A stretch of DNA of 64,000 nt, from positions 254,801-318,800 of the forward strand of contig NW_013657667.1 in the NCBI RefSeq assembly GCF_000142905.1. The letters run 5' to 3'. The notes beneath the pieces are model-generated. The model was not told where the DNA came from. It saw only the letters and a program-made list of their open reading frames with translations, and searched no databases. The stretch's first letter is position 1. Each line of letters begins with the position of its first letter. Made by a program: the position numbers and the translations under genes. The DNA is from Thecamonas trahens ATCC 50062 (taxonomy: Eukaryota; Protista; Apusomonadida). Below, one piece after another: positions 59,745 through 64,000 of the stretch.

Positions 59745-62110
59745 TTACGCAGCAGCTTGCGACCCAGGACCGGCATCAGGATCCAGAAAGCCACGGGTAG
59801 CGTAGGGCGGAACGTAGAGCTCGTCGTTGACGCCCTGGTTGACATACATGTTGAGCAGCTTCTTGAGCTCGTAGTTCTGCTGGCGGATGGCGTCGGTCTC
59901 GTCAAGGAGCTCGGCGCGCTGCTCAAGGACTTCGTGGTACGCGGTGAGGCCCTTGTACAGGGCCTGCCACACGCGGTACGTCTTGTCCGAGATGATGCCC
60001 GAGAGCTTCTCCCAGTACTCGCGCTCCAGCCGGCGAGCAACAGCCTTCTGCTCGCGCATGAACATGAGCGAGGTCGAGCGCTTGGTCGACTGGCGCGAGA
60101 GGTCAAGATCGCGGTTGTGGTCCTGAACAAACCGCCGCAGCGCCGGAATGATGTCGTTGGGGTGAATGGTGGCCGACGAGGCAACGAGACCCTGCGCCGA
60201 CGGCGAAAGCCCGCCGACGGCAAAGGCCTCGGGGGAGGTCACAAAGTATGACAGCAGCTTGTCGATCTCCGCCCGTGACTCAACCTTGAGCGCCTTGAAA
60301 ATAGAGTTGATCATGAGTAGGTTCTGCTCGTCGCGCGGAAGCGGGTCGAGCATGGCCTGCACCTTTTCCTCCACGAGAAACCCTGCTTCGTCGCAGAGCA
60401 TGTCAAGAATGGCACGAGCAATGCCCGAAGAGCCGTCGTGGGCGAGGACCGAGACCCGTCCAGACGAGCCTGGGGCGGCGCCTGAGCCGCCGCCAGCCAT
60501 CGAGCCTGAGCCGGTCCGCCCACCTAGCGGGCCAGCCTCGCCGGCGGCCTCACGCTCGGCCACCGGGATGACTGGGTGGCCCTCGGCGTCGATAGGGAGT
60601 GCCTGCTCGCGGATGGTAAACAGGTCCTGGGCTGGCGGCTCCCACTTGAGGCCGAGCTGCTGCTCAAAAATGATGGCATCGGCCTGGAGCGTCTTGCCGA
60701 TGTACTCGGCCACGACCTCCTCGTTCATGTCCCATACCTCCTTGAACTTCTTGGCATCAGCAAGCTGAAAGTGCTTGAACTTGCGCTGCAGCTCCTTGTA
60801 CTGGTCGGTGATGCGCTTGTAGTCGTTGGTCAGCTTCTGGTTCTGGTACCGGTACTCCTTGTCTTGCTTCTCGTACTTTGCCCGCAGCGCTGCCACCTGG
60901 TCGCCGAGCGAGTTGATCTTGCGCTTCTGCTGCGAGATGGTGAGGTTGTTCTCAAACTCGCGGCGGTCCAGAATCTTGATGTTGTACTCGAGCTTCTGCG
61001 AGTTGAGTGCGTATGTCGCCCGCATCTCCTCCAGCTGCTGGCGAAGGACCTGTACCGAGGTCTGCAGACGGATGGTGACAATGTTGATGCCCTCACCCTG
61101 CTGGCGCTGCAGCTCTTCCACCTCGTCCTGGTTGGCCTTGAGCAGGGCAAGTCGGTCGTGCATGAACTTCTCCTCCATCTTGGCCCGCTTCTCCATGAGC
61201 ACCTTGACCTCGGCCGAGTTGGAGGCGTGCAGCTCGGCGAGCTCGGTCTCAAACGTCTCCTCCAGCTGGGCCAGCTGAGCGTCGTACGCGGCCTGTAGCT
61301 CCTTGAATGACTCGGCCATGCGGTTGAGGAGCTCGTCAATCTTCTCGGCTTGCCGCTTCAGCTCGGCTACGTACTCTTCGTCCTTCGCCTCGAGCTCAGC
61401 GGTGAGGCCCGCCACGACGTTGTCCTTGGCGGCGATGACGTCGTCGCACCGCGCCTTTTGCTCCATCAGCGCAGCGAGCAAGCTCTGTGGCACGTCATGC
61501 TCCCGAAGCGAGGCCCAATTGAGCGAAATAGCCGCATTTGCCTCTGACGACGCTTGCCGTAGCTCGTTGAGCTGGAACAGGCGGTCCTCCTTCTTGCCGC
61601 CTTGCTCGACCCTCACGGATGCCTCATGGTAATCGCCCTCGACTCTGATGTCGGTCACCGTTCGCTGCGAGGCAGTAATGAGCGCATCCAGTGCTTTGCG
61701 CGATGCTCGCAGCTGCGCCTTGGCTTGGGTGTCCCACTCGCGCTCCTGCGCCTGTGCCGTGGTGAACTGGACGTTGGCTGCGCGGGGGGGGGGGAGGAGG
61801 GAGGGGGGGGGAGGGAGTGAGTGGGTGGGTGGGTGGGTGTGCGGAGAGGAAGAGGAGAGGGAGGGAGGGAGTGAGAGGGTTGGTGATGGTGATGGTGATG
61901 GGGGTGGTGGTGGTGGTGGTGGTGGTGGTGGTTGATGGTGGTAGCATGCTTACCCTTGCCCTGTGTCTTCTGCTTGCGGCGAAGAATGCGCTGCTCGATG
62001 CGTGCTGTCCTTGCCCGGATACGCTCGGTCTGGTCCTCAGACTCGAGTGCCTTGTTGATGTCCTCAATGGACATGAGCGGCTGGCTCTCCGCTCCGCCGT
62101 CGTCAGCCAT
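59745..62110 (-). CDS. DRC1: Dynein regulatory complex subunit 1 (CCDC164); exons 62110-61954 and 61777-59745
   Basis: Exon 1 ERIRARTARI. LEEMRATYALNSQKLEYNIKIL, RITDQYKELQRKFKHF, C-terminal WQALYKGLTAYHEVLEQRAEL...QNYELKKLL...ELYVPP. A phase-1 GTAAGC..CAG intron restores the frame. Confidence 0.9.
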
Positions 62111-62363
62111 GGTGGAGTGAGGTGCGAGGAGGTGGGGGTGGCGGTGAGGTGAGGTGGGGTAGGGGGGAGGGGGGGGGGGAGGTTGGTCGGTTGGCGGTTG
62201 GCGGGCTGGACCGACGGGCGACTGGTGGCTCGCGGTACGGCGTGTGTGGCTCGGCATTCCGCTTTGCGGCGGATGGTGACAACGGCGTGGGGCTAGATCA
62301 GGGCTGAATCAGGACTGGATGTAGGGTACAAGGAGTTTACAGGGCCGCACCCGGCGTTGATTG

Positions 62364-63982
62364 TCAAAGCAGCGAAGTGTGCGGACGGGACAGGTTGGAA
62401 ACGGAGAGCGAACGCTGGGAGATGGTCGGCTTCCGATCGCAGAGCGTACGACGACGGCGGCGCGGGCGCGACATGGGCGAGGCGGACATGCCCCATGGGT
62501 CAAAGTCCGAGTCGTCGTCCGAGTCGGACTCGGAGCCCGAGTCAATAGCCGAGACGGTGAAAACGACGAGTTGGGCGAGGAGGTCGACGAGACGGCGACA
62601 GGCGAGCCAAAGCCCAGCGACTTGACCGAGGAGCGGACGTCGTCGTCGTCTGAGTCGTCGTCGTCATCGTCATTGTCATCGCCGGTGGTAGCAAAGCACC
62701 GAGCAAGGGGCGCAGTTGGAGAGGCGTGCGAGAAGGAGGGAAGGGCAGGCGAGATGGCGTCGTTGGCCGTGACGAGCTGGTTGGTAACATCGGCAAGCGG
62801 CGCAGGCGAAGCCAGGTCCTCGGAGGCCTCGGACGAGATGGTGGACTCGGAGCGCGAGCGGGCAAGGCTGCAGTACTTGGAGACGTCTGAGAACGAGCGC
62901 GAGCGCTTGTAGCTCTTGCGCAAGTTGTTCATGAGCGAGCAGCGCTCCATCTCGGTCTCCTTGTCTGCATCAAACATGGAGACATAGGCCTGCGGGTTGC
63001 AGCGCGACTTGTACAGCGTGTAGAAGCCCTTGTATCCGCCCTGAAGAATATACATCTCCGGGTAGTAGAGCGAGGTCCACTCCTCCAGCTCGGCGTGGAT
63101 CATGCGATCCATGGAGCGGAGGTGGCGGCACTGGGTCGGCCCGCGCTTGGACGAGAACTCGCAGTGAAAGACGATGGTGGGCACCGGGTCCGTCATGATA
63201 GTGGTGAGGAAGAATTCCTCGAGCAGAGCGGTGGTATGGAGGTTGAGCGCGCCCTCGATGTGGCCGCCCTCATACTCGTAAGGGAACCGGCAATCGATGA
63301 TGTACAGCTTGGAGACAACATCGTCGTGCTTGCCCTCCATAACATCGACGAGGATCTTGGGCGAGATGTACTTGAACTCGGCCGGGCCGGTCTCGAGAAC
63401 AGGAAGCTTGGCCTTGTTCTCATGCGACTCTGGAGAGGCAACAGTAGCAGCAGCGGCTGCAGCAGCAGTTGGTTGTGGGATCGGCAACGCCGAGGCCGAG
63501 GCCGAGAGAATGTTAGACCGCTTCTTCTTGAGCGAGTGCACCGAGCGCGTCCGCTTGAGCGAGCCTGACCGAGATTTAGGCCGCGGCGGAAGATTGCCAG
63601 ACGAGCGGACGTTGTTGAGCGCGGCGGTGGCCGGCGGAGCGCGGACTGAGAGCGAGCGCGGGCGCGCCGGCTCGCAGGCAATGGCCGCCATTGACACGGC
63701 CTTGCGCAGCTTGAGCGAAGAGCTCGACATCGAGTGGGCCTGCGGGCGCGAGTGCGGCCGGTGCGTGCGAGCAGCAATCATGGCGGCAACAGGCGACGAG
63801 GCACGCTCCGGCTCAAAGATCGAGGAAGACGTCGGCGGCGGGACTTTGGGAGAGATGGCCATAGCTGTCGGCGCCATCGGCGACGGCAGCACCTGGTTCT
63901 CGTCGTTGTCAAACGAGAGCGAGCGGCGGATGGTGGTCGGCGACGAGAGGCGGGCCGGCGAAGTGGGGACAACGCCAGGCAT
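62364..63982 (-). CDS. CDC25: M-phase inducer phosphatase Cdc25 (rhodanese fold); apparent frameshift at 62560-62563; 5' end may lie beyond the window
   Basis: Motifs IIDCRFPYEYEGGHIEGALN, FHCEFSSKRGP and LYYPEMYILQGGYKGF. The -1 frame tail SAIDSGSESDSDDDSDFDPW...SLL stops at 62364; the ORF track ends at 62309. Confidence 0.93.
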
Positions 63983-64000
63983 GGCAGGCGAGGTCGAAAG

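Noticed and set aside
6604-62563. Calling the frameshifted genes pseudogenes
   Set aside because: Each break is a single-base shift with no in-frame stops or motif decay on either side, and several genes (CLU, IQCG, Cdc25) are normally conserved functional genes.
1-64000. tRNA, rRNA or transposase/reverse-transcriptase genes
   Set aside because: None recognisable by eye. tRNAscan-SE, Infernal and RepeatModeler would be needed to exclude small or divergent elements.

Overview
Eukaryotic nuclear DNA: GC-rich (roughly 65% by eye), extremely gene-dense (about 31 protein-coding genes in 64 kb) and intron-poor, with short GT-AG introns near gene 5' ends. It comes from a flagellated amorphean protist. 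Gene content and style resemble the apusomonad Thecamonas trahens (inference, not verified). Recognisable genes: ABHD13, WDR27, a cytohesin-type Sec7-PH ARF-GEF, Ena/VASP, COMMD6, CLU1/CLUH, VMA21, MED10, an Sfp-type PPTase, a C2-RapGAP-CNH protein, IQCG/DRC9, TilS, a divergent CK2-alpha, a DOMON copper monooxygenase, an 8-repeat annexin, strumpellin/WASHC5, DRC1 and Cdc25. Several (VASP, COMMD6, VMA21, MED10, annexin, WASHC5, DRC1, RapGAP) only emerge after splicing, which I reconstructed by hand. No rRNA, tRNA, CRISPR or transposase was found. Main points of interest: (1) a ~2,680-aa single-pass FN3-repeat receptor whose cytoplasmic tail carries DPF/DPW/NPF endocytic motifs and ends in a muniscin-like mu-homology domain, i.e. 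a receptor fused to its own endocytic adaptor; (2) about ten apparent frameshifts, all in the same direction (one base missing), most likely homopolymer under-calls but testable for recoding or editing; (3) a lone ~160-bp, 79%-AT palindrome-rich island; (4) recurrent CTCAC branch-point and CCTCACTC promoter motifs; (5) an ATGA stop/start overlap and near-zero intergenic gaps; (6) a pseudokinase fused to a C2CD3-like C2 domain, a non-basic Zn2Cys6 protein, and two glycosyltransferase paralogues lacking the DxD motif.
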